In this document: piece after piece, positions 49,307 through 61,730 of the stretch
How the letters are laid out: each line of letters begins with the position of its first letter
How positions within the stretch are numbered: the stretch's first letter is position 1
NCBI GenBank assembly: GCA_014905635.1
Contig: JABVCE010000026.1
Span: 434,001 to 498,000, forward strand
DNA length: 64,000 bases
Source of the DNA: Scenedesmus sp. PABB004
Lineage: Eukaryota
Direction of reading: 5' to 3'
Position numbers and translations under genes: made by a program
The notes under the pieces: model-generated
The model's database searches: none
Told to the model about the DNA's origin: nothing
What the model saw: only the letters and a program-made list of their open reading frames with translations

Positions 49307-50736
49307 ATGGCGCCAGCCGGGCGGCGCGCCGCACGCGCTGGCCTGCTGCTGCTCGCCCTGGTCGCCACGGCAGGCGCGGCCGCGGCGGAGTTGGAGCTGC
49401 GGGGCTACGCCACCACGCGCGACGCCGCCCTGGCGGCGGTGCTGGACGACGCGGGCGCCGCGCCTGCCGCCGCGGAGCTGGGCCTGGCGGCGGGCCCGGC
49501 GCGCGACGACCTGGTGCTGCTGTCGCGCCTGCCGGTCGGCCTCGCGCTGCAGGCCAGCGCGGCGGCGCCCGCGGCCGAGCTGGCGGGCGAGCTCGCGCGT
49601 GCCGCGTGGGCGGCGGTCGCGGGCGCGCAGGCGCGCCTCGCCGCCGCCGCGCGCCCGCTGCGCGTGCTGGGCCTCGACGTCGCGGTCGGCGCGCCGCGCG
49701 GCGCCGGCGGCGCCGGCCTCGCCGCCGCCGCGGGGCCCCGCGCCGACGAGCCGCCGTTTTCGCCGCCGATGACGCTCGGCGAGCTCGCCGCCGCGCGCGA
49801 CGCCTCCGCCGCGGGTGACGTTGAGATCAGCCTGACGTTTGAGCACAGCGGCCCGGCCCACCCGGCGCTGCCGTTCATGCGGCGCTGGCGCGCGCGCAAG
49901 GAGGCGGCCGCCGACGGCCGCGCCGCGGCCGCGGTGCTCGGCGCGGTGGTGGGCGCGCTCGGCGGCGCCGGCGGCGCCGGCGCCGCGCCGCCCGCCGGCC
50001 TGGCCGAGCTGCTGCCGCCCGAGGCGGGGCAGGCGCCGCCCGCGGTGCGGGCGCAGCTGGAGGCCATGGCGCAGGAGCTGCGCGACACGGTGCGCCCGCC
50101 GGTTGCGCGCCGCTCGCGCCCGCGCCGCCCCGCTCGCGCCCGCACCGCGCGCCGCTCGCGCCCACGCGCCGCGCCCCTCGCGCCCACGCGCGACGCCCCG
50201 CCTGCTCCCCGTCAGGGCGTGTTTGAGAGGACGTTTGAGGGCCAGGGCGAGGCGGGGCTCGCCGCGACGACCGCCGCCGCCGTGGCCGCCGCCGCGTCGG
50301 CGCTCGGCGAGCGCGACGACGCGTGGGAGGGCGGGCTGGCGATGGAGGTTGAGGTCTCGCAGACCGGCGGCGCCGGCGACGGCCTCGGCTGGGCGCGCGT
50401 CGCGGCGCTGTGTGAGCCGCGCGCGCGGCGGGCGGCGCGCCGGCGCAGCTGCAGACGCGCCGCGCGGCGCGCGCCGCCGCACGCCCGCGCGCTGACCGCC
50501 GCCGCTCGCCGCGCCCGCCCGCCCGCCCGCCCGGCGCAGGCCTGGTGGCGCTGGCGAGCCACGTCGGCCTGTTCCTGCTGGTTGCGCCGCTGTATGCGCG
50601 CTGCGCCGCGGGGAGCGAGGGCGCCGGCGGCGACGAGGAGGACGCCGCGGCGGCGCGCGCGGGGCGGCGGCAGTTTATCGTCGCGTCGCTGGCCGAGGCG
50701 GGGCTCGCGCAGCCGCTGCTCGCGGCGCGCGCGTGA
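49307..50736 (+). CDS. Uncharacterised signal-peptide protein with a probable single C-terminal TM helix, about 3 exons
   Basis: MAPAGRRAARAGLLLLALVATAGAAA; final exon GLVALASHVGLFLLVAPLY followed by a short tail ending LAQPLLAARA*. Confidence 0.6.
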
Positions 50737-51325
50737 CCGCCGGGGGCGACTGCGAGTCGTCCCATCAACGGCGCCCGCGTGCTGCCATCGCAGCGCAGGT
50801 GCTGATTGAATTGCTGTGTGTGTTTTTATAGAGTGGCGGTCTAGCGCGGCGGTGGTTTAACGGTCACTGCGACTGGTCGGCGCCGCATGCCGCTTGAAAC
50901 CGGCGCCAACGCGCGCCGCGGCTCGTGGCGGCTGGCGGCAGGCGTGTGCACAGCCAAAATCAGTCTTGGCCACCCCGACGCAGCTCCTGGGCGCACAGCA
51001 GCGGCTCCTGGGCGCGCAGCGGCTCCGCCGCCGCCTGCGCGCTCAACTCTGCCGCTGGCTGCTCCGCCCACCGACCCTCTTACGTACACGGCTCATGCGC
51101 GCCCCGCTGCTGAGCCCGCACCTGCTGCTGGGCGCTGGCGGCGCCGCCGCAGGTCAGAGCAGCGCTCGCCGGCGACGTCCGCCGCTGCGGCCCGCACAGA
51201 CTGCCGCACGACCTGCCGCCCCGCGCAGGGCCTCACGACGACTGTACTCCCACGTTCGGGCGGCCCTTCCGGTTCGGCAGGCCCCTCAGCTTTGGCAGCG
51301 GCCGGCCACGCAGCGGCGCGCCAGC

Positions 51326-54300
51326 ATGTGGCCCGGAGCTGGCGCCAGCGCCGGCGGCGGCGTCGCTGTTCTATCTGAGCTCCCTGGGCGCGGCGCTGGC
51401 GGCTGGCTGTGCGCCGCAGCCCGCGGCCGCCGCCGCAGCCGCGTGCCTGCACGCTCGCCGCGGGTGCCCGGGCGCGCCGCGCGCGGCCGGCTGCCCCGGC
51501 TGCCGGCTGACGCTGCGGCGGCCGCAGCAGGCGTGCTGCAGGCACTGCGGCGGCGTGCGGGGCGCGACCGTGGGCGCGGCCGCGGGCGGCGCCAAGCCGC
51601 GCAGGGCCGCAGGGGGTGACGCGGACGCGTCGGCCTGCAGGGACGCGGGCGGCGGCCCGCCCCGGCCCGGCCCGCCCCGCCCGGGTGGGGGTGCGCCGCC
51701 GGCCGGCTTTGGCCGCCAGGGCGCGGCGTTCACCATGGGCGCCCGGCTGGCGCCGTGCGGGGGCGGCACCGGCACCGGCGCGGACGCGCCCGGCCCAGGG
51801 GCCTACCACAGCGCCGCCGGCGGCGGCCGCGGCGGCCCGGCCTTCACGATGCTGGGCCGCTGGCGCGAGCCGGGCCGCAGCGCGGCGGCGGCGCCGGGGC
51901 CGGGCGAGCACCAGGACATCACGTTTGTGTGAGCGGCGGCGTCCGCGCGCGTGGGGGCGTGGGATCGGCCGATGCCCGCGGGGCAGGGCCCGCCCGCCCG
52001 CGGGCGCGCCGCCGCCGCGCCGCCACCGCCGCCGGCCGCCCCGCCCCGACACTTGCCGCCGCCCCTGCAGCGCTGGCGGCCCGGCCGTCGGCCTGCGCGG
52101 CAAGCCTGCGCCGGCGGCGGCGGAGCGTGGAGCCGCCAGCCCCGGGCCCGGCTGCTACGGTCCGGACTGGGACCGCAGCGCCAGCCCGTCGGGTGCGCGC
52201 CGCAGCCGCGGCCGCACCCGCGCTGCGGGCCTGGGGCGACGGCGGCGGCCGCGCTCAGCGCGCCTGTGCTGCTGCCGCATCCCACCTCCGCCCGCGCAGG
52301 GCCCGCCTACACAATCGGCCGCGCCGGCCTCGCGCCGAGCGGCGGCGGTCACAACGCCCAGCGCAATGCATCACCAGGACCAGCGGCATACCAGCGCACT
52401 GAGTTCCTGCCCGAGGGTCCCGCCTTCACCTTCCCTGCTGTGTGAGCCAGCCAGGGGCATGCGCGCTCTCAGCGCGTACCGCCGTCCCCGCGCCGCAGCG
52501 GCGCAGCGCGCTTGGCCAAACCCAGGATTTGGCCGCCGCTGCCCGCCCCCACAGCCGTGCGCGCACGCACGCCGCGGGCGACGCCCGCGGCCCGGCGCCC
52601 TGCGACTATGACGCCGCGGCGGCGGCCCTCGCCGCGCGCGCCAGCGCCGCGCCGGCCTGGAGCATGGGTGGCCCGCGCGCGCGGGACCAGGCGCCGCGCG
52701 AGGAGGTGCCCGGCCCGGGCGCGTACGCCCCGCCGGACCCAGGCCCGCGCGGCCCGGCCTTCAGCCTCGCGGGGCGCCCACGCGAGCCGCTGCACGGGCG
52801 GGGCGACGAGCCGGCGCCGGGGGAGTACTTCAGGTGGGGGCGCGTGGCGGCGGCGGCGGCGGAGCGAGACGGTGCCAGCCCGCGCGCATGCCGCGCAAAG
52901 CGCGCCGGCGCCGACCCCGCGCCGACCCGCGCCGCACAGGGAGCTCGAGCGCGGGGGGCCCGCGATGTCCATCGGCACGCGCCTGCCGGGCGGCGAGCGG
53001 CGCGCCGGCACCGACTCGCCCGGGCCCGCGTGCTACGCGCCGTCCGCTCTAACAGAGCCGGCGGGCCCCGCGCCGCACAGGGAGCTCGAGCGCGGGGGGC
53101 CCGCGATGTCCATCGGCACGCGCCTGCCGGGCGGCGAGCGGCGCGCCGGCACCGACTCGCCCGGGCCCGCGTGCTACGCGCCGTCCGCTCTAACAGAGCC
53201 GGCGGGCCCCGCCTGGCGCATGGCCGGCCGAGCGGCGGCCCCGGGCCAGCAGCCGCGCGCGTCCGACGGGCCGGCAGTCGGCGAGTATAACCCCTCTGAC
53301 CCAGCCGGGTGCGGCCCGGCCTGGACCATCGGCGCGCGGCCGGCCGGTGCGCGCGCGGGCGCCGAGGCGGCGCCGGGCCCCGGTGACTACTCGCCGCACG
53401 ACCCGGTGCGCGACGGCCGCGGCGCGGCGTTCACCATCGCCGGCCGCCTCGCTGAGGGCGGCGGCGGCGGCGGCGGCGGCGAGGGGCCGGCGCCGGGCGA
53501 CTATGACGTGCCGCCAGGTGCGGCGGCGGCAGCAGGCGCGCACTCGCCCCGGCCGCGCGCGCCGCCGTGCAGCTCAGACGCTCACCCCCGCGCGCGCAGG
53601 TCCCAGTGGCGCAGCGTTCACGATGGCCGGCAGGCCGTGCGCTGCGGCATCTGCAGGGGAGGCCGGCCGCAGGCCTGGCGCGCACCACATGCCGAGCGTC
53701 GCGGGTGAGGGCGCGCCGGCGTTCAGCCTGGCGGGTCGGCTGCGCGGCGGCGAGGCCCCGGGCAGCGGCGCACCAGGGCCGGGGGCATTTGAGCTGCCAG
53801 AGCTGCCGCGGGGGCCGGCGCCGACCATGGCGGGCCGGCGCGCGCCGGCGGCAGCGCCCGGCGCCGACGTGCCGGGCGCCGGGGCCTACGAGGCACACCT
53901 GGCCGTGAAGGGCGCGGCGCCGCCGGCGTACAGCTTTGGTGGGCGCCCGTGCGAGCGCGCAGGTGCGGCAAGCAGCGGGCGGGGCCTGCGTGTCCACCCA
54001 GCCAGCCGCGGCTGATCAGCGGGCCTCCTTGCCCGCCCTGCCCCCGCGCAGTCGGCGATGCGCCGGCGCCAGGAGATTACGAGACTGCCGCCCCAGCAGG
54101 CGCTGCCGGCCCGGCCTGGACCATCAGCGCGCGGCCGGCCGGTGCGCGCGCGGGCGCCAAGGCGGCGCCGGGCCCCGGTGACTACTCGCCGCACGACCCG
54201 GTGCGCGACGGCCGCGGCGCGGCGTTCACCATCGCCGGCCGCATCGCTGAGGGCGGCGGCGGCGGCGGCGGCGAGGGGCCGGCGCCGGGCGACTATGACG

Positions 54301-54804
54301 TGCCGCCAGGTGCGGCGGCGGCAGCAGGCGCGCACTCGCCCCGGCCGCGCGCGCCGCCGTGCAGCTCAGACGCTCACCCCCGCGCGCGCAGGTCCCAGTG
54401 GCGCAGCGTTCACGATGGCCGGCAGGCCGTGCGCTGCGGCGTCTGCAGGGGAGGCCGGCCGCGGGCCTGGCGCGCACCACATGCCGAGCGTCGCGGGTGA
54501 GGGCGCGCCGGCGTTCAGCCTGGCGGGTCGGCTGCGCGGCGGCGAGGCCCCGGGCAGCGGCGCACCAGGGCCGGGCGAGCACCAAGCACACGCAGGCGGC
54601 AGCACCCTGGTGTCTGGGTGCGCCGGCAGCTTCGGCCTGCCGGCGGCAGGCGCTGGCACGGCGCCGCAGCAGAGCCTGGCGCAGCTGCAGGCGAAGCTGG
54701 CACAGCTGCTGGCGATCAAGCCGCGCCGCGGCGCGCGGCGCGCCAGGCAGCCAGCGGCAGCGGCGCATGTCAACAGCGACACTAGCGGAGGCGACGGCGC
54801 GTGA
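51326..54804 (+). CDS. SHIPPO/STPGR (sperm-tail PG-rich, ODF3-like) repeat protein, probably ciliary, multi-exon
   Basis: Many PGPG[AD]Y and GPA[FW][TS][MI].GR units throughout; the start codon is uncertain. Confidence 0.82.
52926..53212 (+). repeat. Tandem duplication, 141-bp period, 2 copies
   Basis: cccgcgccgcacagggagctcgagc...gcgggccccgc occurs at 52926 and again at 53067. Confidence 0.92.
53313..54575 (+). repeat. Direct duplication of about 470 bp (53313-53783 and 54108-54575), including an intron
   Basis: Near-identical sequence from ggcccggcctggaccatc to gcaccagggccggg, with a few substitutions and one GGC indel. Confidence 0.92.
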
Positions 54805-54844
54805 GCCGGCCCAGCGCGTTGCAACGTGCCCGCAGCCCCGCCCC

Positions 54845-57800
54845 TCACGGCGCGCCCGGCTCACCCTGCACGCCCAGGCGCGCGGCGAGGCCTGCGAGCG
54901 ACTGCTCGGTGCCGCTCGCGCGCGCGGCCGCGAGCTGGCGGCGCAGCGCGCGCAGCAGCGACTCCAGCTGCAGGCCCGCGCCCTCCAGGCCGCTCCAGCA
55001 GCCGCCGCCGTCTGCAGCGAGCCGCTCCGCCACGCTGCAGCTGGACGCGCCTTCGACGAATCGCGAGCCGCCGCCAGCGCCGCGCACGGGGCGCGCCGCG
55101 GCCTCGCCGCCGCCGGCCAGCACAGCAGCGACTGCCTGCTGCAGCCGCCACGCCGCGCCCGCGAGCTGGCGCACCGTGTCGGCCACGCTGCCGCCAGGAA
55201 GGCCGTGTGCACCGGGCTCGTCGTCCTCCCCCACCACCTCAAGCGCCGGCTGGCGCCGGCCCCCGCCCCCGGTGCCGCCGCGCCGGCGCGGCGCGCCGCC
55301 GCCGCCCGGCCGCACGTCGGCCGGCGGCAGCAAGCAGACCGCCGCCGCGGCCGACAGCAGGCGGTCGTGCTCGGCGAGGATGCTGGGCAGGCTGACCGGC
55401 GCGCTGCTCACGGCGGCCTCAAACTCGATCCAGAGCTTGCCAGAGAGCTCACCGAGCATGCAGCCCAGCACGCTGCCCGCGCAGTGCAGCGCGAGCGCGT
55501 GCCAGCGCCGCAGCGCCTGCAGGCGCTCCAGCCCGGCCGGCGCGCCGGCGCCGCCGCCCTCCGCGCGCCCGCCGCCGCCGCCCGGCCGGCCGTTGACGGC
55601 CGCCCACTGCGCGGACAGCTGTTGCTGCAGGCGCCGCAGGCGCAGCAGGACGCTGAAGGCGTCGGCATAGCGCTGCACCTGGTCGCTGCCGACGAGCAGG
55701 CTGAGCGGCCAGGTCACCTCGTACGACAGGCGCAGCGCGTCGGTGGCGCCCGCGCCGTCCCCGGCCGAGCCCCAGCCCGGCAGGCGCCGGCCGGCGTCGA
55801 CCTGCCGCGCGAGGGGGTGAGAATGAATCAATGAGGGCGGCGGGGCGGCGGGCGGCGCTTGGCGGTCAGCGACGCGGCGGCCGCTGCGGCCGGCCGCTGC
55901 GGCCGGCCAGGCGCGGCAGCCCCCTGGCCGCCGCCCCGCCGCACCTGCAGGCTCATGCGCTCGGCCTCGGGCGCCGCCGCGAGGCAGCTCTGCTGCACCG
56001 CCGCCTCGAGCAGCAGCTGCGCCGCAGTGGGCGACAGGCCGCCGCCGCCGTCGCCGAGCGGGGCGCCGCCGCCGCGCGCGTGCCCGCCGCGCCGCGGCGC
56101 CGCAACGAGCTGGGCCTCCAGGCCCTCCAGCAGCAGGTCGCACCAGTCGCCCTGCTGCTGGAAGAAGAGCCGCTGCAGCGCGCCGAGCTGGCGCAGCAGG
56201 CCCCGGTCCTGCAGCAGCAGCTGCCAGCACGCGAGCGTGGTGAGGCGGTGCTGCGCCAGCAGCGGCCGCACGAGCAGCACCTCCAGCGTCGTGATGAGCG
56301 GCGCCGCGCTGTCGGGCGCGGCCTGCCGCCCGGGCCACCGCCGTCGGCGCGGCCGCCGTCAGCGCGGGCGCCGCCCTGGCCGCCGGAGTGCCAGCGCCCC
56401 GTCTCTGCGGCGCCGCGCGCAGCAGCCGCGCCCGGCTCGGGCCCCGGCGGCAGCAGCTCCAGTTGGACATCGTCTGCCGACACCGCCGCGCCGCCGTCGG
56501 CGCAGCCAGCTGCGCCCGCCTGCACCTGCGCCAGCAGCAGCGTCTGCGGCAGGCGCTGCTGCCACGCGGCGCCGGGCGGCAGGCCGGGGCAGGAGCGCGC
56601 GCGCTGCGCCGCGGACGGCAGGCCGGCGGCCTGGCCCGGCAGCACCGGCGGGCCCCACTTGCTGAGCCGCGCCGCCGGCTGCTGCTGCAGCTGCCGGCCG
56701 GCGGCGCCGCCGAGGCTGCCCGCAGCGCTGCCGCCGCCGCTGCCCCAGAAGCCCTCGTCGCTGGCGCGGGCGCTGTAGGCGCCGCCGCTCCAGCCGCCGC
56801 CGCTGCCGCGCGGGCTGGGCAGCGCCGCGGCCGTGCCCGGGCGCTGCTTGGGGCGCGAGTTTGACGGCCGCCCCGCGGCCGGCAGGGGCGCGGCCTCCGC
56901 AGCTGCGGCGCCGACCACTGCCAGCGCGCCGGCGGCGCCGGAGGGCGCGCCGGCAGCAGGGCTGGGGTCCACCGCGGGGCCCCATGTGGCGCGCTTGTGC
57001 GGCTGCGCCGCCGCCCCCTGCAGCTCCGGCTGCGCCAGGGGCTCCGGCCGCTCCGGCTGCCCCGGCTCGCACTCCTCCTCCGTGAGCTGCTCCGGCTGCT
57101 CGGCAGCGCCGCCCAGCGGCGACCCCGGTGCGGCCTGCGGCCCTGGCGGCGCTCCGGCGGGCGGCGGCTCGTGCAGCTGCTCGGCCTCCGCGCTGGGCAG
57201 CTCGCTGGCGGTGCCCGGCCCGCCGGCGGACGCCGGCGCCGCTGGCCCGCTCCCTGCAGGCGCCGGGCGCGCTGCGGTCGCCGTCCGCGCGGCCGCCGCA
57301 GCGCTGCCCGCCAGCCGCGCCTGCAGCGCGGGCGGGACGTCGACCCCGGCACGCTGCGCGCGCGCGACCTCGGCGGCGAGCGCTTCGTGCGCCACCCGGT
57401 GCGCTGCCGCCGCGTTCTGCGCCAGCAGGGCGCGATCCAGCGCGAGCTCGTCCTGCCGAGCCTTGGTGTGCCTGAGCGGGGCGCGGGCGCGCGCGTGGGC
57501 GCGCCGGCGCGGGCGGGCCGGCCGCAGAGCGCGTGCCGGCGCGCCGCGCTCGCCCACCGCGCACCTCGCTGCCGCGGCTGCCATCTCCTCCTGCTGCTGC
57601 AGCAGCAGCTCGCGCTGCCGCGCCCGCTTGCGCTCGTCAGCCGCGCGCTGCAGCGCCGCGCGCCGCGCCTCGGCGGCCGCCTTGTCCCGCTGCCTGCGCG
57701 GCAGGGCGCGCGAGCGCTCGGCGCGGCGGCGGCAGCTGCCGCGAGCGCGCGCGGCGCAGGACGTGCCAGCGGCGGCGGCTGCGGCAAGCGCCGGGCGCGG

Positions 57801-59035
57801 CGCGCGCCGAGCCAAGGCGCGCCTGTCGGCCGCCCACAGCTCTTCCGCGGCGGCGCCCGCCGCGCGTGCCGCCGCGAGGCCGCCCGTCACGCGCACGAGC
57901 TCCAGCTCCCGCGCCGCCTCGTAGTCTGACACCACCGCGGCCGCCTGCGCGCGCGGGGGCAGGCGGCGGGCAGGGCCGCTCTGTGAGCGGGAGCAGAGGG
58001 CGAGCAGCGCCGCGCGCGCGCGCGCGCGCGCGCGCGCCCCTGGCGCCCGCCTCACGTGCTCGAGCTGCTGCATGCTGAGGCTCAGCGGGAAAAACGCGGC
58101 GCCGCCGGCGCCCTCCCGCTCCGCGCCGCCGGCCGCTGCGGCGCCCCGCCCGCCGAGCAGCAGCGCGAGGCTGCTCCAGCCGCTCGCGGCGGTGCCGCCG
58201 CCGCCCGCCGGCGCAGCGGGGGCGCCGGGGCCGCTGGGCGGCCGGCACAGGACCTCGCGCAGCTCCTGCTGCTCCAGCTCCGCCAGCCAGCCGAGGCGCT
58301 CCGCCAGCTCCGCCGCGGGGCCGCCGAGGAGCTGCAGCAGCTGCAGCTGCAGCCCCGCCACGACCAGCGCCTGCTGCGCGCCCGCGAGGAAGCGGGGGCA
58401 CGCCGGCGCGCGCGGCTTGGCGGCCGCCCACGCGGTCAGCAGCAGCTGCGAGGCCGCTGCCTGCGCGGCGCGGTCCGCGGCGCCGGAGGCGGGCCCCGAC
58501 CCGCCCGCGGCGCCCGCGGCAGGCGCGCCGCCGCCGCTGCTGGCCCAGGTGGCGCGCGCCGCTGCGGCGCCCTCCACGGCGCCGGCGCCGGGCGACGCCG
58601 CCATGGCCAGCACCTGCGCCGCGCCGGCCGCGGCCTCCGCCGCGCGCAGGTCTGGCCGGAAACCCCAGTCGCGCACGCGCTGCAGCAGCGGCTGCATCGC
58701 CGCGGCAAAGAGGTGCCGCAGCAGCGGCGCGGTCTGCGGGCCCGCGTGCAGCAGCTCTGCGCGCGGCGCGCGGCCGGGCGGCGGTTGGTGAGCGCGGCTG
58801 GGCCGGCAGGCAGGCAGAGCCCCGCGCGCGGCCCGCGCGAGAGGCACGCCCGCGTGTGGCCGGGACGCTGCGCGCCGCCGTCGCGCACCGTCGTAGAGGC
58901 CCTCCAGAAGCTCCCGGCCCTGCAGGAAGCCTTGCTCCTCCTGCCAGCGGCTGGGCTCCCAGCCCCAGCGCTCCGCCCATGCCGCGGCGGCGCCCGGCCA
59001 CGGCAGCGCGCGCGCGCGCGCACCCGCCGCAAACG

Positions 59036-59066
<31 letters not shown>

Positions 59067-61100
59067 AGCGCGCGCGTGCGCGCCGAGTGCGCGCTCCGTG
59101 CTCGTGGCGCAGCCGTCCCCGGGCGACGGCTCGCCGTCGTCGCACGCGGCGACGCCGCACCAGCAGCACCGCGCGAGCTGCTGCAGCTGCGCATCGACCG
59201 CGCGCAGCTGCACGACCAGCGCCAGCAGCGTGCCGCCGGGCGCCGCCGCGGAGGCGCCGCGGGGCCGCCCGCGGCGGCGCTGCGCCGCGCGCTGCTGCAG
59301 CACCTGGATCGCGGCGTCGTGCATGCGCAGCACCTCCCTCACCGCGGCAAGGTACGCCTGGAGCACCGGCGCGCCGTCGCCGGCCTCCTCGCCCGCAGCG
59401 CCCGCCCAGCGCCCCGCCGCGCTCGCCGCGGCGGCGGCGCTCGCGCTGAAGTGCTGCACGAAGGCCTGCAGCCGCAGCCGCAGCTCGGCGAGCCGCAGCA
59501 CGCGCGTGATGAGGTGCCGCGCCGCCGCCGGGCGCGCCACGCCGGCTGGGCCGCGCGCGGGCGCGCCGCCCGCCGCCAGCTCCCAGAGCTCCGCCACCGC
59601 CGTCCACACGCCCTGCGACGCCAGGCAGGCCAGGGCGACCAGGCGCTCCTCGCGCTCCGCGCGCGCGGCCGCCGGGCTCGCGCCGGCGCCGGGCGCAGAC
59701 GTCGCAGGCGCCGGCGCGCCGCCCGCGCCCGCGCCGCCGCTCGCGAGCCGCAGCGCCCGTGCGGGCTCGCCCGGGCCGTCAGCGCCGCGCCCCGGCAGCG
59801 CCAGCGGCTCGCCCGGCTGCGGCGGCTCGCCCGCCGCCAGCATGAGCTCCAACATGCGGGGCCGCACGTCGCCCGCCGCCGCCACGGCCGCCGCGGCGGC
59901 GGCCGCGGCACGGCTGCTCGCGGCGCCCGGGGGGCCCTGGTCCCGGGCGCCCGCGCGCACGTCGCTCGCGTTGCCGGCGCCGCCGCCGGCCTTGCCCAGC
60001 GCTGCGCCCAGGTGGCGCTGCGCGTCCGGCGGCCGCGCTGCCAGCGCCATCTTGGCCGCCAGGCCCTCCGCCAGCGACGGCGCGGCGCGGTCGCAGTCGT
60101 GGCCGCGGTCGCCGCCCTGCCCGCCCTCGCCGGCGCCCGGCTCCCGCGCCGCGCCGGCCGCGGCGTCCAGCGGCAGCCCCACCAGCATCAGCTCCAGACC
60201 CGCAGCCGCCGGCGACAGCCAGCTCGCGGCGGCCGCCGCCTCGGCCTGCCGCTGCAGCTGGTCGGCCACGTCGCCCGGCCCCGCGGCCCGCCCGGCTGCG
60301 CCGCGCACCACCGCTCCGCCGTGGCGCCGGCCGCGTGCGCCGGCGCGGCCGCCGCGACCGCCGCCTGCGCGGCCGCCGCGACGCCCGCCAGCGCGCCGCT
60401 GCCGAGCGGCGGCAGCGCCGCCAGCGCCGCGGGCGGCGGCGGGCAGGAGCCCTTGAGCGCCAGCAGCAGCGACAGCGCCGCGTGCTGCTCGCCCAGGCGC
60501 GCCGGGCGCGGCTCCGGCGCGCAGTCGCCGTCGTCGGCGCGCTCCGGCGCCCACAGCAGGTAGTGCGCCGCGCTGCGCGAGGGAGCGCGGAGAGAGCGGA
60601 CAGCGCGGCGGCGGCCGCGTGAGCAGTGCCCGGGCGGCCGGCCGGCGGGCGGCGCGAGCCCCCGGCCAGCTCACCCGAGCCACGCCGTCGCCAGCTGCTG
60701 CAGCCGCGCCGCGTCCGCAGGGCGCAGGCGCTCGTGCAGCTCCAGGCACGCCTGCGCCACCTCCCGCCGGTTGCTGCGCTCCCGCGCGAGGCCGTCCCCG
60801 GGGCCCTGCAGCCGCGCGCGCAGGCGCGTGCGGTCAGGCGCGCGGGCGGGCGCGGCAGCGGCGCGGCGGCGTCGGCGCCGGCGTGCGCACCGCGGCAGGC
60901 GCGTCGGCGTCCAGGTCGAGCAGGATGCCCCAGGCGTGCGACAGGAGGCGCCTGGGCGGCTCTGCGTCCTCCGGGACCGCGATGCGCTGCGCCACGGCCC
61001 GCAGCGCGGCACGAGCGTCGACCGCGCCGCTGTCCGCCGCCCCTGCCGCCGCCGCGGCCGCGGCCGCGCCGGCGGGCTGCATCGTGCCGAGCGGCAGCAT
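54845..61100 (-). CDS. GCP6: Gamma-tubulin complex component, probably GCP6 (GRIP1 + long insertion + GRIP2), multi-exon
   Basis: LLRHLFAAAMQPLLQRVRDW, CPRFL..AGLQLQLL, LVRPLLAQH, LGALQRLFFQQQGDW, LRLSYEVTWPLSLLV..YADAFSVLLRLR. The coiled-coil/low-complexity insertion between the GRIP halves fits GCP6. Confidence 0.78.
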
Positions 61101-61730
61101 TTACGCGAGCATGCTGCCTCCTGCGGTGGCGCGCGCACTCGCCCGGCGGGCGCTGGCGGGCGGATGGCGGGTGGCAGCTGCTGCTGCTGGCCGAGCAAGG
61201 GGCGTGCTGGGCCGCTGCGCACTCGTCGCCTGGCGCTGCGGGCCCGAGAACGTCGCACTGATGGGCGTGGCGGCGGTCGCAGCGCAGAAACCGAGCAGAC
61301 AACATTTTTCAAATGCCGCGACCGCCCCGCCGCCGCTCGCACGACCACCCTCTACACGTCCTGCGACCCGCGTCTAGGACCACCACTGCCTGCAGGAGCA
61401 CACGACTTGATCAACGGGGGCAGGCGCCCCGCCGGCGTCCAGCTACCGAGCGCGCAGGCGGCGCGCTCGCGGCAGACGCCGGCACTGAACTGAGCTGAAG
61501 TTTGCTGCTGGGGCTGATGCAGGCGATGAGGTGAGCACACAGAAGGAAAGACACAGCAGAAAGCTTGCAGCAGCGCGCGGGAGGCCGTGCGACCGAGCGC
61601 GTGCTGCGCGTCGGCGGGTCGGCTCCTTCCCAGCGCGCGCGCCGCCCGACGACGGCGGCGCGCGACGACGCACGCCGGCCACCAAACACAACACGAGCAC
61701 ATGCAACAACCAACGCGGCGGCCTCGGACG

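Noticed and set aside
52926..54575. Direct repeats as LTRs or a transposon
   Set aside because: They are in-frame coding repeats of the SHIPPO gene, with no TSD, TIR, reverse transcriptase or transposase.
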